A stretch of 64,000 nucleotides of DNA from the human T2T-CHM13v2.0 reference genome, Homo sapiens: the NCBI RefSeq assembly GCF_009914755.1, contig NC_060928.1; one strand, written 5' to 3'. Made by a program: the position numbers and the translations under genes. The notes beneath the pieces were generated by a model. It was not told the origin of the DNA. It saw only the letters and a program-made list of their open reading frames with translations, and did no database searches. Below are positions 58,947 through 64,000 of this stretch, in pieces. Position 1 is the stretch's first letter; each line of letters opens with the position of its first letter.

Positions 58947-60179
58947 CTAAATATCTGAAGAGTATAGAACTTTTAAAACACTCATACAATAAATAAGCAA
59001 GATGTATTGGATAAACAGAAAGTGATTGCTGCAAGTTATTTGAAAAACCTATCAACTTTATTCTCATTCAAGATGGCTATGTGTTCTAAATATAGAACAT
59101 TGCAATCCTCTGACCTTAAAGTTATTATAAGACACGGTATGTGTCACTATGGAAGTGTTTAGTCAAGCATATAAAACTCTTAGAAAATCCAACTTAATTT
59201 TACCAGCAAATTATTAGGCCTACTAAAATAGGTTTTTACTTTTTTCAAGAGCAATCAAGTCAAACAGCATATATCAAACTTTGATCAACACACTTTTTTC
59301 ATCTACAATACTGCCAATAGGTAGAAAAATGGAGACTGACTTCTCTACCATTCTGAAAGCTTCTTGCCTCTGCTCTCCACACTGTGTTATTAGGTATCAC
59401 AGAAACACATAAAAACCATGCTAATAGGTGTCATGGAGACACAGAGTAAAAAGTATATCGATTGCTCAAATGACACTTCACAGCTGCTTAAAGAGGCTTT
59501 AAGGCCTCCCAGGCTATGCAGGTGAAACAACTCATTTTGCCAAGCAGTTTCCTTTTAGGGTCCTCAGCCTTGTGTGACCATCTAATCTGATTTTATCTTC
59601 AGCAGAAGTTATTGATTCAAATCAGACAAACCTTCATATATGGAACATGGGCCAGGGAACACCTGCATCTGGCTAGATAGCACATTTAAATTTCATTCTT
59701 GGCAGCTAGAATCCAGGATTTTTTAATATGATTTTTATAAATTTATAAGGTGTGACCACACATAATATTTTGTATTATGGAAAAAAATCTGGAAAACAGC
59801 CATGTTTTTAAAGCCCATAGGGACATGGTGCTGTGACATTTATAACTCTCATTTAGATATAAATAATCAACTATCTATTTAATAATGTAAATAGAATAAT
59901 TTTAAAAAACTAAAAGTTCCTTTTTGTTTTGTTTTCATAATTTCTACCAATTATGGTTGTTACTCTAGGGAGAGTCCGCAGAGCTCCTGCTACCACCATT
60001 CCAAAAATACCGTCTTTCTCTATCAATACTGTATACCAAAATGTAATTGGTATACATTTATTTCTTAACATGTTTCAAGCTGAATTTATTCTATGCTCTA
60101 ATTTAGGGTCACCCTTTTACCTTGTGCTCTTTCTTTAATATCATTACTTGATAAAATATTATTTATTTTCTAGATGAAG

Positions 60180-60485
60180 TTTAAGCATTGTTTTCTTTAA
60201 GGAAGGTTCTTGATTTCTCAACTTGGTCTGTTCTTAATATCTTAATCCATGAGCCTTTTATTTCAAATATGTCCAGTCACTTACCTTTGCCTTAGTTTGG
60301 AGTTGTTCTTTTTTATTCTTTTCCCTGCCTTTGATTTTAAGTTCCTCCAGGAAATAAATTATATTTTATCTATCTTTGTATTTCTTATCTTTTTTTTCAC
60401 ATTTTAGCATCTATAACAAGTAACATGTAAATAGTTGTCAATACATACTTGGTTGTAGAAATAAATTAATGAATGAACAAAATGA
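60180..60485 (+). mobile_element. L2 3' end fragment
   Basis: ttttaagttcctccagg...tatctttgtatttc...aatgaatgaacaaaatgaa L2 tail. Confidence 0.5.
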
Positions 60486-61010
60486 AAATAGTTCACAATA
60501 TGAAATATATCATAAAACCACACAGATCAAACTGCATCTCACAAGGTTCCATAACATATTATTTTAGACTTCTTTTGTCCTAATGTCAGCTTAGCAACAT
60601 TCCATATTCATTAAAAAAGTGAGTTGAGAGAAAAATATTACTACTATAATGTATTTAGCTCAGCCTTAATGTACGAGGGGATTATTAAGCTATTAGGAAA
60701 ACATAAAATGTAAAATTTGTATTTAATAATTCAAGTGAAAATCAATCAAGAAGCTTAATAAGATTTGTCAGAAAAAGATATTAAATGGTACAACAGTGCT
60801 AAATGTTTTTAAGTGAGGTCTGCAAACACATATTTTAAGTTATATTAGAATATTTTGAATTTGTCACTGAATATTTCCCTCAGTTTTATTTATCATCTTG
60901 GAAATCACTCAAAACTTTAATCTCACAAAGGGAAGGAGAAGGCAGACAAGGAGGAAGAGAGGAAAAGACTAACTTTTTTATTAAGTCTGATATTATGAAA
61001 AAGACTAACT

Positions 61011-63600
<2,590 letters not shown>

Positions 63601-63811
63601 CATTCCCTACAATCAAATGGAGCAGAGAAAAATAAGCATTCTTTGTGCAGTTGTAATATCACATATAAATTAAACTATTCATAAATTTTAATGTTGTATC
63701 AGCAATATGAATGGGATACATGCTACCTGTTTGTGAGGGTGGTGTCATAGAAATTCAAGTAAGAAAAAGAAACAATAGTGTAAGGAATAATTCTATAGCC
63801 ACTATTTATTT

Positions 63812-63961
63812 ACACCATTCGTCGTTTTCTATATGTATTATCTAAGGCTCTCTTCACACAAAAATAGCAGAGTTGTGTAGCTGTGACTAAGATTTTACGG
63901 TCTACAAAGCCAAAAACATATACTACTTGACCTTTACAGAAAAAAAAAATTGATGACCCCA
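63812..63961 (+). mobile_element. MER58A (hAT-Charlie) 3' part
   Basis: gcagagttgtgtagctgtgac...caaagccaaaaacatatactacttgacctttacagaaaaa...gacccc. Confidence 0.8.
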
Positions 63962-64000
63962 TCACAGAACATGTGCTCAGTGAGTCAGATAAGTAGTGCT

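Overview
AT-rich, CpG-depleted primate genomic DNA, most likely human or another catarrhine given the AluY and young L1PA copies. It looks intronic or intergenic. I found no recognisable protein-coding gene, RNA gene, CpG island or CRISPR array. The ORF track is explained by retroelement and DNA-transposon fossils, microsatellites and chance ORFs. The main elements are a complete THE1 MaLR provirus with both LTRs and TSD, two near-full-length Tigger1, one near-full-length Tigger2, a Tigger3a MITE, several L1s (one with a twin-priming inversion), about ten Alus, solo LTRs (MST, MLT1, MLT2A, ERV1-like) and MIR, L2, MER3 and MER58 remnants. I could not support a new biological system. The most interesting signals are local rearrangement scars and possible regulatory or structured elements. 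The scars include a 133-bp templated L1 copy fused to a truncated Alu, a three-armed Alu, a fold-back insertion inside an Alu, a tailless Alu and a 23-bp repeat exactly 1200 bp apart. The regulatory candidates are DUX4-type motifs in LTRs and a hairpin cluster in a repeat-poor block. Subfamily calls come from remembered consensus sequences, and the boundaries of old repeats are approximate.
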